Of a stretch of 64,000 bases of DNA, positions 9,376-18,483 are shown one piece after another; the first letter of the stretch is position 1, and each line of letters opens with the position of its first letter. Source of the stretch: an uncultured Erysipelotrichaceae bacterium (lineage in GTDB: Bacteria; Bacillota_I; Bacilli_A; RF39; UBA660); NCBI GenBank assembly GCA_902767375.1, contig CACXGV010000029.1, positions 137-64,136 of the forward strand. Reading direction: 5' to 3'. Under the pieces are notes generated by a model, which saw only the letters and a list, made by a program, of their open reading frames with translations, ran no database searches and was not told the origin of the DNA. A program made the position numbers and the translations under genes.

Positions 9376-10224
9376 ATGAAAAGATATATTTCTATTATAA
9401 TTGGTTCTATACTTATTGGATTATCATTTAATCTATTTTTTGCACCATATAATTTATTTCCAAGTGGAATAATCGGTCTTGGAGCTATTTTTAATAGTGT
9501 ATATCATATAAATGCTGCTATATTTATCGCCATATCTAATATTTTATTCTTATTAATAATATTGCCTATTGCTGGTAAAAAAGAAACATATAAATATTTA
9601 TTAACTAGTTTATTAATTCCATTAGTAATTTATTTTACATCAGGAATAGAATATTATATTTATTTCGATAACGTAGAAAAAATTATTATTGCCGCTTTTG
9701 GAGCTATCTTAAGTGGTTATGGTTATAGTCTAATCTATCAAGTAGGAGCAAGCGTTGGAGGATTTGAAATATTTCAAGATATCTTCAATAGAAGATCTAA
9801 AGTACTTCCTAACATAGTTGAATTAATAATCATAGTTCTAGCATTTTGTTTATATAATCTAGAAACTGCTATTTATACTTCTATCATTATATTTATAATT
9901 GTGTACATGTCTACTAAAGCCAAACTTGGAATTAGTTCTAACAAAACTTTCTTTATAGTAACCAACAAAGAAGAAGACATTAAAAAATATCTTATTAATG
10001 ATTTAAAATATGACTACACAGAATTCAATGTTCGTGGAGGATTTACCAATCGTAAAAGTAAAATAATAATGAGTGTTATTGACACTAATGATTATTATAA
10101 ATTAAAAGAAGGGATCTCCATAATTGATCCAGATGCATTTATTTCGATAATAGATAATTATGAAACAATTAATAAGAACATAACTTTAAAAGCAGCAACT
10201 AGAGAATCTTTACAAAAACACTAA
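9376..10224 (+). CDS. YitT-family (DUF161/DUF2179) membrane protein
   Basis: MKRYISIIIGSILIGLSFNLFFAPYNLFPSGIIGLGAIF typical YitT N-terminus; soluble C-terminal domain. Confidence 0.65.
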   Translation: MKRYISIIIGSILIGLSFNLFFAPYNLFPSGIIGLGAIFNSVYHINAAIFIAISNILFLLIILPIAGKKETYKYLLTSLLIPLVIYFTSGIEYYIYFDNVEKIIIAAFGAILSGYGYSLIYQVGASVGGFEIFQDIFNRRSKVLPNIVELIIIVLAFCLYNLETAIYTSIIIFIIVYMSTKAKLGISSNKTFFIVTNKEEDIKKYLINDLKYDYTEFNVRGGFTNRKSKIIMSVIDTNDYYKLKEGISIIDPDAFISIIDNYETINKNITLKAATRESLQKH

Positions 10225-10237
10225 AAAGTGTTAATAT

Positions 10238-10262
10238 ATCCCCTGTCAAAGGGGGATTTTTT
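10238..10262 (+). terminator. Hairpin plus T-run immediately upstream of the next start codon
   Basis: ATCCCC-tgtcaaag-GGGGAT then TTTTTT; 3' arm doubles as a GGGGG SD for ATG 10263. Confidence 0.45.
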
Positions 10263-11501
10263 ATGAAGAAAAATCTAACAGAAAATGTATATCAAAGAAT
10301 AAAAAATATGAGAAGTAGACTAATTAATTTAGAAATTGGCTCATATGAATTTGAAAAAACTTTAAGAGAATTTCAAAATTTAATATCCTTAAAAGATTAT
10401 GCTGAATTTTTATATAATTCAGGATTACTATTAACTGACATCAATGCATATCGTAATGAAAATAATATATCACCAGAAAAGTCTGATGAAGAAATGAAAA
10501 CAGAGTTCATTAAAGCTAATACATCTAAGCAAAAAATATTTGATGAGATTATTTATACTCCAATTAGCGCAAGTGATTTATCAATTCACAAATTAATGAG
10601 TACTGAAAATGGTTATACCTATTTAAGTAATGCATCTTACACAGTTAATAGTTTATTAGAAGAAATTAATTCATTAACAGGAAATTTTTCTTTTGGCTAT
10701 AATATGCCTATTAAAGGATTAGAAGCATTAGAAAGTAAAGATATAAAACTTTCTATTTCTGAATTATTAGACCTAAAAGAAAAAGTAAAAACTGCTAGAA
10801 AAAGACTACCTATAATTCAAAATGCTTTACTAAATTACTCTCCAGAATTTTTAGATAATATTTTGAAAGATAACTATTCAAATAATGTTGAAAGACTAAA
10901 CGCAATTTTTACAATCATATTACTTGATCCTCGTGATCCGGTATTTGATAAATATGTTGATTTAAGATTAAAATTTAAAGGATTGTATGAAGAATATCGT
11001 AAATTAACATTCAAAGCTAAATTCAGTTCTAAAGCAAAAGATAGACTTCATGTAGTTGTTAATAATATTATAGATATTTATGAAGAGGCTGTCCCTCTTT
11101 TAAAGGAAACAATTACTAACCGCAACGCTAAATTACTATCGTACTTTGGGACATATTTTAAAAATACTACAACCAATTATCAAGTTAGCTCCATTGACGA
11201 ATTCATAGATACCTTAAAATCAGCTATGAATAAAATAAATGCTGCTCTAGATGAACTATTAAACCAAAAAGATAATAAACAAGAAGAAATTAAACAAATT
11301 TTAAAAGAAGTATCAGAAAAATCTGGTATTATAGTTACTGATGCTGAAGAATTTGCAACAAAAGATTTATTTGAATCTTACCGTAAAGTTAATTTAAGAG
11401 AAACTGCTAGAACATTAGATAGATTATCCACTAAAGAAATTATCGAAAGTTATGGTCACGTATCCGATGAACATATATATCGTATAATGCCTATCAAATA
11501 A
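10263..11501 (+). CDS. Hypothetical cytoplasmic protein (412 aa)
   Basis: Long ORF, no TM or signal, no family recognised. Confidence 0.5.
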   Translation: MKKNLTENVYQRIKNMRSRLINLEIGSYEFEKTLREFQNLISLKDYAEFLYNSGLLLTDINAYRNENNISPEKSDEEMKTEFIKANTSKQKIFDEIIYTPISASDLSIHKLMSTENGYTYLSNASYTVNSLLEEINSLTGNFSFGYNMPIKGLEALESKDIKLSISELLDLKEKVKTARKRLPIIQNALLNYSPEFLDNILKDNYSNNVERLNAIFTIILLDPRDPVFDKYVDLRLKFKGLYEEYRKLTFKAKFSSKAKDRLHVVVNNIIDIYEEAVPLLKETITNRNAKLLSYFGTYFKNTTTNYQVSSIDEFIDTLKSAMNKINAALDELLNQKDNKQEEIKQILKEVSEKSGIIVTDAEEFATKDLFESYRKVNLRETARTLDRLSTKEIIESYGHVSDEHIYRIMPIK

Positions 11502-11515
11502 TAGGCATTTTTTTA
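11487..11515 (+). terminator. Rho-independent terminator
   Basis: ATGCCTAT-caaata-ATAGGCAT 8-bp stem then TTTTTTT. Confidence 0.7.
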
Positions 11516-11537
11516 ATAAAAAAAACTATTATATAAT

Positions 11538-12194
11538 ATGAAGAAAATATTATTCATAAGTTCTTTAATCTTAATTACAATTCTAACTTTATTTAAAGTA
11601 GATGCTAGCAAAATAGAATTTCCTCTTATTGGAAAAACAATTATTTTAGATGCGGGACATGGAGGAAAAGATTTTGGCGCATCTTTTAAATCAATCAAAG
11701 AAAGTGACATTAATTTAGTTTTTACTCTAAAGTTAAAAGAATCTTTAGAATCAAAAGGAGCAATTGTCTTACTGACTAGAAAAGATCAAAATGATTTAAG
11801 TAATCCTAAAGCTTTATATCGTAAAAAAAGTGATTTTGATAATCGTATAAAAATAATAAATAACTCTCATGCTGATATGTACCTATCAATTCATCAAAAT
11901 ATATATCCAAATAAAAAATATTATGGCCCAGCAGTTTTTTATTTTCCTAAGATAAAAGATAATGAGCAATTAGCAAAACTTATCCAAAACGAATTAAATT
12001 TATATACTCAAACTAACCGTCAAAGTAAAATAATAAATGGAACTTATCTATATGATAAGTTAAATATAAGAGGTTGCTTAATAGAATGTGGTTTTATCTC
12101 TAATGATGCAGAAAGATCTAAATTAATTGATGAAAAATATCAAAATGAATATGTAAAAGTGTTAACAAACGCTATAATTAAGTATTTTTCATAA
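11538..12194 (+). CDS. N-acetylmuramoyl-L-alanine amidase (Amidase_3, CwlD-like)
   Basis: Signal peptide; IILDAGHGGKDFGA zinc-amidase motif. Confidence 0.7.
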   Translation: MKKILFISSLILITILTLFKVDASKIEFPLIGKTIILDAGHGGKDFGASFKSIKESDINLVFTLKLKESLESKGAIVLLTRKDQNDLSNPKALYRKKSDFDNRIKIINNSHADMYLSIHQNIYPNKKYYGPAVFYFPKIKDNEQLAKLIQNELNLYTQTNRQSKIINGTYLYDKLNIRGCLIECGFISNDAERSKLIDEKYQNEYVKVLTNAIIKYFS

Positions 12195-12261
12195 GTTTTT
12201 CATAAATCTTATGTATGATTTAATCGCAATATGTGATATAATTTTATAATAGGTGAATAAT

Positions 12262-13191
12262 ATGAAGGCAAAAGTTTTTAGAACAATTGATGAACAAATA
12301 ACTATCCTTCAAAACAAGGGGCTTATTATAAATGATATTGAGTTTGCAAGAGATATATTAATAAGAGAAAACTACTTTTTTTTGAGTGGTTATCGTCATC
12401 CATTTTTAAGAACCAAAAATGATAGATATTTTCTACCAAATACTTCTTTCGATGAGTTGTATGCCCTTTTTAACTTTGACCGCCAAATAAGAAATATTGT
12501 TTTTAAAAATCTTTTAATTGTTGAAAACAATATGAAGAGTATTTTCTCTTATCAATTATCTAAAAAATATGGATATCGTGAAAGAGATTACCTAAAAACG
12601 ACTAACTTTACCAACAATCCAGAAAAAATACGTCAAGTAAATGATTTAATTAGAAAAATGAAAAGACAAATAAAAGTTAATGGTGCTCAGCATTCAGCTA
12701 CTAGCCATTATATAAATAATTATGGATACATCCCACTTTGGGTTGTTGTTAAAGTCTTATCATTTGGTATCGTAAGCGAATTATTCACAATAATGAAAAG
12801 AGATGACCAAGAAGAAATATCAAATATTTATGGAATAAGCGTTGAAAATTTAATAACATACTTACCAATATTAGCTAATTATCGTAATTTATGCGCACAT
12901 GAGGATCTATTATATGATCATCGTAATCAAAAGGCGATTAATGATACAAAATATCATGCTTCACTAAATATACCAACATTAGATGGGGAATATATTTATG
13001 GGAAAGACGATGTATTTGCTTTATTTATTATTTTAAAAAGCCTTTTAAGAGAAGATGAATTTAGATTATTATTAAGTGAATTTAGTTACGAACTAGATAT
13101 ATTAGCTGGCAAATTAAAAGTAATTAAGATTAATAAAATAATGGATATTATGGGATTCCCAGTAAATTTCAAAGAAATATTAGATTATTAG
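12262..13191 (+). CDS. Abi_2 family abortive-infection protein (AbiD/AbiF-like)
   Basis: AGGTGA RBS then ATG 12262; MKAKVFRTIDEQITILQNKGLIINDIEFARDILIRENYFFLSGYRHPF matches the characteristic Abi_2 N-terminus. Confidence 0.7.
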   Translation: MKAKVFRTIDEQITILQNKGLIINDIEFARDILIRENYFFLSGYRHPFLRTKNDRYFLPNTSFDELYALFNFDRQIRNIVFKNLLIVENNMKSIFSYQLSKKYGYRERDYLKTTNFTNNPEKIRQVNDLIRKMKRQIKVNGAQHSATSHYINNYGYIPLWVVVKVLSFGIVSELFTIMKRDDQEEISNIYGISVENLITYLPILANYRNLCAHEDLLYDHRNQKAINDTKYHASLNIPTLDGEYIYGKDDVFALFIILKSLLREDEFRLLLSEFSYELDILAGKLKVIKINKIMDIMGFPVNFKEILDY

Positions 13192-13199
13192 GAGGTAAA

Positions 13200-14300
13200 A
13201 TGAAAAAAAATAAAATTGGAATATATTTATTATGTAGTTTATTATTAATACTAATTGGAGCAGGAGGAATGTATTACTTAGTAACTGAAAAAGCTTTATT
13301 TAGTCAGACCGTAGTAAACAAATTAGAAAAGGAAGTAACTGTTAATGAAAATGGTATTGCCGATGCAGTTGAAAAACTATATGATGCCGTCGTCGTAGTT
13401 GGTTCTTATAAAAAAGGAGTACTAACCAGTACTGGTACCGGTTTTGTATATAAAATAGATGGGGATAATGCCTACATCCTAACCAATAATCATGTTGTAA
13501 CAGGGGCAGAAACAGTAAAAGTTAAATTTACTGATAATAATGTTTATGATATTGAAGTTGTCGGAGCAGATAAATACTCTGACATAGCAGTATTAAAGAT
13601 TAATAAAGATAAAATAATATCTATTGCTGAAATAGGCAAATCAAATGATTCTAGATTAGGAGATACTTTATTTACTATAGGAGCACCTCTAGATTCCGAA
13701 AACTACTCATGGACCGTAACAAGAGGAATTTTAAGTGGTAAAGATCGTCTAGTTGAAGTAAGTGATAAATCTGCAGATGTTAGTGATTGGGTAATGAAAG
13801 TATTACAAACTGATGCAGCCATTAACTCTGGAAACTCAGGTGGACCTATCGCTAATTCAAATGGTGAAGTTATTGGTATTACCAATATGAAACTTGCTAG
13901 TACCGGTGTTGAGGGTATGGGCTTTGCAATTCCAATCGAAGATGCCGTAGATTATGCCGAAATGCTTATAAAAAATGGTAAGATTGAAAGACCTTTACTT
14001 GGGGTAGGAACTCTTAATCCATTTGATGCAAAAGCCTTAATGACATATGGTTTAAGTGTAGATAAAACAGTTACAGAAGGTGCTATTGTAGTTCAAGTTC
14101 AAATCGGTTCACCCGCTGAATCAGCAGGCCTTCAAAAAGGAGATATCATTACTAAAATAGATAACTATAAAATAACAAGTACTTCATACTTAAAGTATTA
14201 TCTATATAAACATAAAGTAAATGACTCTATAAAATTAACTTTTACTAGAAAAAACAAAGAACAAACTGTAACAATTAAATTAACACAAAAGGCTGACTAA
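13200..14300 (+). CDS. htrA: HtrA/DegP-type serine protease with PDZ domain
   Basis: N-terminal TM; His/Asp/Ser triad context GNSGGPIANSNGEVIGI; C-terminal PDZ. Confidence 0.85.
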   Translation: MKKNKIGIYLLCSLLLILIGAGGMYYLVTEKALFSQTVVNKLEKEVTVNENGIADAVEKLYDAVVVVGSYKKGVLTSTGTGFVYKIDGDNAYILTNNHVVTGAETVKVKFTDNNVYDIEVVGADKYSDIAVLKINKDKIISIAEIGKSNDSRLGDTLFTIGAPLDSENYSWTVTRGILSGKDRLVEVSDKSADVSDWVMKVLQTDAAINSGNSGGPIANSNGEVIGITNMKLASTGVEGMGFAIPIEDAVDYAEMLIKNGKIERPLLGVGTLNPFDAKALMTYGLSVDKTVTEGAIVVQVQIGSPAESAGLQKGDIITKIDNYKITSTSYLKYYLYKHKVNDSIKLTFTRKNKEQTVTIKLTQKAD

Positions 14301-14313
14301 TCAGTCTTTTTTT
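14291..14313 (+). terminator. Rho-independent terminator
   Basis: GGCTGA-ctaa-TCAGTC then TTTTTTT; stop codon sits in the loop. Confidence 0.65.
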
Positions 14314-14342
14314 GATATACTAATAATAGTTAGGAGGTTCTT

Positions 14343-15341
14343 ATGGGACTACTTAAATTCGCAATGCGAGGAAACTATAAAAAATATTATGAACAATTAA
14401 AGGAATTATCCAAAAAGAATCACAAAAGTCCATTTTTAATGTTTATTGATACTGGACTATGTGTTTTAGTATGCAAATCTGGACTTCAGGATTATCTTAA
14501 CTATAAATTTTATGAAAAATCATGGAAGGAAAGAAGAACTTATGCTACTATTGGCTATCAACATGAGTTTTATAAGATAGCTGCCCATTGGGATTATGCA
14601 CCTTTCTTTTCTAACAAAGTTAACTTTCATAAAAACTTTAAAAAATATGTTAAAAGATCATGCGTATCATATGATGAAGGCTTAGATGCAGTCACTGAAT
14701 TTATTAAAAATCATGACTCAATAGTTCGCAAACCAATAAATGGACTAGGAGGAGCCAGTGTTGAAAAAATAGATACTAAGGATATCCAAGATGTTAAAGA
14801 GTTTTATGAAAAATTAAAAGAAGAAAATTGCTTCCTTGAAGAATTAGTAATCCAAAATAAAGAATGGTCTAAATTAAATCCTAAGAGTTTAAATACAGTT
14901 AGAGTTGTTACTTATTGCTTAAATGGGAAATCAAAAGTATTATTCGCTGTGGCTCGTATTGGCTCCGGTAAATCAATAGTTGATAACTTTCATCAAGGTG
15001 GCGTAGGCGTCAAAGTCAACATTGAAAAAGGATGCTTAGAAGGGAATACAATCGATAAAGCTAACAATGAAAACCCTAATACATTATTAACAAACGTTAA
15101 AGTTGATGGCTTTAAAATACCTTACTGGAAGGAAATTATTCAAATGACCGAAGAGGCTGCTAAAGTAAATGATAATGTTAACATTGTTGGATGGGATGTT
15201 GGTATCACTGATGATGGTCCATTATTAATTGAAGGTAACCGTGGCCCTGGAATGGATATCATTCAAGTATTGTATAAACGAGGGGTAAAACCAGAATTAG
15301 AAGAAATAAAAAAAGAAATTTTAGAAAGTAAAGGTGAATAA
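14343..15341 (+). CDS. ATP-grasp ligase (sugar-transfer-associated / alpha-L-glutamate-ligase-like family)
   Basis: AGGAGG RBS; RKPINGLGGASVEKID...VRVVTYCLNGKSKVLFAVARIGSGKSIVDNFHQGGVGVKV ATP-grasp-like blocks. Confidence 0.55.
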   Translation: MGLLKFAMRGNYKKYYEQLKELSKKNHKSPFLMFIDTGLCVLVCKSGLQDYLNYKFYEKSWKERRTYATIGYQHEFYKIAAHWDYAPFFSNKVNFHKNFKKYVKRSCVSYDEGLDAVTEFIKNHDSIVRKPINGLGGASVEKIDTKDIQDVKEFYEKLKEENCFLEELVIQNKEWSKLNPKSLNTVRVVTYCLNGKSKVLFAVARIGSGKSIVDNFHQGGVGVKVNIEKGCLEGNTIDKANNENPNTLLTNVKVDGFKIPYWKEIIQMTEEAAKVNDNVNIVGWDVGITDDGPLLIEGNRGPGMDIIQVLYKRGVKPELEEIKKEILESKGE

Positions 15342-15760
15342 TGAAACCATTTACTCCAGCCGACAAACCGGCATTAGAAAAGAAAATAAACCTAATTAAA
15401 AGAAACCTAGATATGTATAAAAGATATGAATCTCAGTTATTAACTTTGGATGGTGTATCTGAAACTATGAAAGAAACCGCCAATAAACTACCTTACCTAA
15501 GAAAAGATAAGGCTAGAGAAGTATATACAATCGTAAAAAAATATGGTTGGTTAGGATCAGATGAGATTGGAGATAATCTATATAAAATATTATTAGAAGC
15601 CATATCTTATGGAGATTTGGATATTCTTTTATCCATTCTTCCATATGCTAAAAAAGGTTTATTATTAGGAAAAATATCTGAAGATGAATTTAACAAAATA
15701 TTAGATTATATAAATTCTTATAAATCAGAACTAGAAAACGAATCAAAGACTTTAAAATAA
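15341..15760 (+). CDS. Hypothetical protein, translationally coupled to the ATP-grasp gene
   Basis: TAATG stop/start overlap at 15339-15343; no family recognised. Confidence 0.5.
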   Translation: MKPFTPADKPALEKKINLIKRNLDMYKRYESQLLTLDGVSETMKETANKLPYLRKDKAREVYTIVKKYGWLGSDEIGDNLYKILLEAISYGDLDILLSILPYAKKGLLLGKISEDEFNKILDYINSYKSELENESKTLK

Positions 15761-15771
15761 GTCTTTTTTTT
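15746..15771 (+). terminator. Rho-independent terminator
   Basis: AAGACTT-taaaat-AAGTCTT then TTTTTTTT. Confidence 0.75.
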
Positions 15772-15802
15772 GATATACTAACCACTGAAAGAACGTGATA
15801 TT

Positions 15803-16900
15803 ATGTTAAAAGCCGGAATAGTAGGCCTTCCAAATGTTGGAAAAAGTACTTTATTTAACGCTATTACCAAAAAGAATATTTTAGCTGCAAACTATCCTTT
15901 TGCCACCATTGATCCTAATGTAGGAGTTGTAACAGTTCCTGATACAAGACTAGACTATTTATCAGAATTATACTTACCAGAAAGAACTATTTACACCACT
16001 TATGAATTTACAGATATAGCAGGTTTAGTAAAAGGTGCCTCTACTGGAGAGGGGTTAGGTAATAAATTCTTAAGTCATATTAGAGAAGTAGATGCCATAG
16101 TTGAAGTAGTGAGATGTTTTGAAAACTCTGACATTATTCATGTTGAAGGAAATGTAGACCCTATAAGAGACATTGAAATTATTAACTTAGAACTTGCCAT
16201 GAGCGATTTAGAACAAATTCAAAATCGTATTAATAAAATTGGTAAAAAAGCTTCAATGACTAAGGACAAACAAGAATTATTAGAAATTAACACTTTAAAG
16301 AAATGTGAAGAAGCTCTTTTACAAAATATCCCACTTCGTAGAGTAGAATTTGATAAGGATGAATTACTTATTTTAAAACCATTTTGCTTAATTACCCTAA
16401 AACCTATTATCTATATGGCAAATGTTAATGAAGATGATGCTATTTTAGGACATAATGAATATACCGATAGAGTATCAGACTATGCATCTAAAGAAAATGC
16501 TTCTGTTGTAGTAGTATGTGCTAAGATGGAAAGTGAATTATCTGAAATGAGTGATGAAGATAAAGATACATTCCTAAAAGAATTAGGAATTGCTAATTCT
16601 GGTCTAGATAAATTAATCTTCGCAACTTACAATTTACTAGGTTTGCAAACATTCTTTACATCAGGAAAAGATGAATGCCGTGCATGGACTTTTAAAAAAG
16701 GCATGAAAGCTCCTGAATGCGCTGGAATTATCCACAGTGATTTTCAAAGAGGTTTTATTAAAGCTGAAGTAATGTCTTTTGAAGATTTAAAACAATATGG
16801 ATCAGAATTAAAAGTAAAAGAAGCAGGCAAAATGAGACTTGAAGGCAAAGAATATATCATGCAAGATGGAGACATTTGCTACTTTAGATTTAATGTATAA
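15803..16900 (+). CDS. ychF: Ribosome-binding ATPase YchF (Obg-family GTPase fold)
   Basis: MLKAGIVGLPNVGKSTLFNAIT P-loop start; C-terminal TGS-like domain; 365 aa. Confidence 0.9.
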   Translation: MLKAGIVGLPNVGKSTLFNAITKKNILAANYPFATIDPNVGVVTVPDTRLDYLSELYLPERTIYTTYEFTDIAGLVKGASTGEGLGNKFLSHIREVDAIVEVVRCFENSDIIHVEGNVDPIRDIEIINLELAMSDLEQIQNRINKIGKKASMTKDKQELLEINTLKKCEEALLQNIPLRRVEFDKDELLILKPFCLITLKPIIYMANVNEDDAILGHNEYTDRVSDYASKENASVVVVCAKMESELSEMSDEDKDTFLKELGIANSGLDKLIFATYNLLGLQTFFTSGKDECRAWTFKKGMKAPECAGIIHSDFQRGFIKAEVMSFEDLKQYGSELKVKEAGKMRLEGKEYIMQDGDICYFRFNV

Positions 16901-16903
16901 AAA

Positions 16904-16921
16904 AAGAACCTTATGGTTCTT
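16904..16921. terminator. Bidirectional terminator shared by ychF (+) and the convergent minus-strand ORF
   Basis: AAAAA-AAGAACC-ttat-GGTTCTT-TTTT, with an A-run on one side and a T-run on the other. Confidence 0.7.
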
Positions 16922-16922
16922 T

Positions 16923-17216
16923 TTATAATTTAAAACTTAGTTTTTCTTTTTCATTAGATTTTTCTCTAAGTACAATCTCAGTAATTCTTTCCTCAAATCT
17001 AGACATTTCACTAGCTCCAAATGCCATTGCTTTTTCATAATCGTTAGTATAATCTAACCCAACTTTATTATTTAATTGTTTATTTAAAAGATTTGATGCT
17101 CTATTATATGCTACCTGAGCACTATCAAATATATTTCTTAATTCAATTAAATCTTCCGAAGTAAGAATTTCCTCATAATTAGGTAAAGATTTAGTTAATC
17201 TTTCTTCAAAACTCAT
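16923..17216 (-). CDS. Hypothetical 97-aa protein (the only convincing minus-strand gene in this stretch)
   Basis: GGAGA SD 7 nt upstream on the minus strand; charged helical sequence; terminated by the shared hairpin. Confidence 0.55.
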   Translation of the reverse strand: MSFEERLTKSLPNYEEILTSEDLIELRNIFDSAQVAYNRASNLLNKQLNNKVGLDYTNDYEKAMAFGASEMSRFEERITEIVLREKSNEKEKLSFKL

Positions 17217-17329
17217 AAGATTCTCCCAATATTATTATAATAAAAATCAAAAATACCATCAATAAATAAGCCTAAACTTTACATTTACTTAGTAGTGTTA
17301 ATAAAGCTCAAGTTATTAACATTTTTTGT

Positions 17330-17358
17330 TTGCATATAAACTACTAGTATGCTATAAT
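17330..17358 (+). promoter_or_regulatory. Sigma-A-type promoter of the rpsF-ssb-rpsR operon
   Basis: TTGCAT, 17-nt spacer, TGcTATAAT (extended -10), ~70 nt upstream of rpsF. Confidence 0.6.
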
Positions 17359-17428
17359 ACTGCGTGAGCGAAAGCTCCTTGCTTTATTAAATATAAAGCC
17401 GAATAGACCAGAAGGAGGATAGAAGAAA

Positions 17429-17716
17429 ATGGAAAACTATGAAATTATGTTTATAGTAAAACCAACACTAGAAGAAGATGCAATTAAATCTACCGTAAAA
17501 TCTTTAGAAGAAATTATTACTGGTATGAAAGGTAAAGTTGAAACTAAAGATATGGGTAAAAGAGAACTTGCATATCCTATCAAAAAGGAAATAAGTGGAT
17601 TTTACTATGTATTTACTGTTGAAGCTAGTCACGATGCTATCGAAGAATTTGATCGTAAAGCTAGAATCAACGAAAATGTTTTAAGACACCAAATTATTAA
17701 ATTAGACGAGGAGTAA
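17429..17716 (+). CDS. rpsF: 30S ribosomal protein S6
   Basis: GGAGGA RBS; MENYEIMFIVKPTLEE typical S6 N-terminus. Confidence 0.9.
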   Translation: MENYEIMFIVKPTLEEDAIKSTVKSLEEIITGMKGKVETKDMGKRELAYPIKKEISGFYYVFTVEASHDAIEEFDRKARINENVLRHQIIKLDEE

Positions 17717-17720
17717 TATT

Positions 17721-18179
17721 ATGAATAATGTATCCTTAGTTGGAAGATTAACAAAAGATCCAGAACTTAGAACTATTAGTACCGGAAACACTACTTGCAA
17801 TTTTACAGTAGCTGTTACTCGTCAATTTACTAATGCTAGTGGAGAAAGAGAAACTGACTTCATTAACTGTGTTATTTGGGGTAAACAAGCAGAAAATTTA
17901 GCTAAGTATTGTACAAAAGGTTCTTTAGTTGGAGTTACTGGAAGAATTCAAACAAGAAACTATGATGGTCAAGATGGTAAAAAAGTATATGTTACAGAAG
18001 TAGCTGCTAATAATGTTACCTTCTTAACACCAAAAAATAGTAATGTAAATGAACCTACATTTGATGATGTAGCTAGTAAATCAAACAGTAGTGACTTTGA
18101 AACTACAGATTTAACCGAAGATCCATTCAAAGATTATGGCTCAGAAGTTGTTCTTAGTGATGACGATCTACCATTTTAG
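17721..18179 (+). CDS. ssb: Single-stranded DNA-binding protein
   Basis: MNNVSLVGRLTKDPELR OB-fold start; acidic C-terminal tail DDDLPF. Confidence 0.9.
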   Translation: MNNVSLVGRLTKDPELRTISTGNTTCNFTVAVTRQFTNASGERETDFINCVIWGKQAENLAKYCTKGSLVGVTGRIQTRNYDGQDGKKVYVTEVAANNVTFLTPKNSNVNEPTFDDVASKSNSSDFETTDLTEDPFKDYGSEVVLSDDDLPF

Positions 18180-18194
18180 AAAGGAAATTTTATA

Positions 18195-18410
18195 ATGGCT
18201 GAATTTTATAGAAAAAAGAAAAAAATCTGCCAAATGTGTGCAGGTAAAGATGTAGACTATAAGGACGTAGCTATTGTTAGTAAATATATTAATGATAAAG
18301 GCAAAATAATGCCTCGTAGAATGACAGGAGCATGTGCTAAACATCAAAGATATATTGCAAAACAAATTAAAAGAGCTCGTTTTATGGCCTTAATACCATT
18401 TGTTAAATAA
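18195..18410 (+). CDS. rpsR: 30S ribosomal protein S18
   Basis: [18 protein letters not shown]...[23 protein letters not shown]. Confidence 0.9.
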   Translation: MAEFYRKKKKICQMCAGKDVDYKDVAIVSKYINDKGKIMPRRMTGACAKHQRYIAKQIKRARFMALIPFVK

Positions 18411-18438
18411 GATACTTAATAAAAAGTATCTTTTTTTT
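18411..18438 (+). terminator. Rho-independent terminator
   Basis: GATACTT-aataaa-AAGTATC then TTTTTTTT. Confidence 0.75.
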
Positions 18439-18483
18439 ATATAATTTGTTATAATAATTTTGACTTAGATGGGAGGAAAACTC

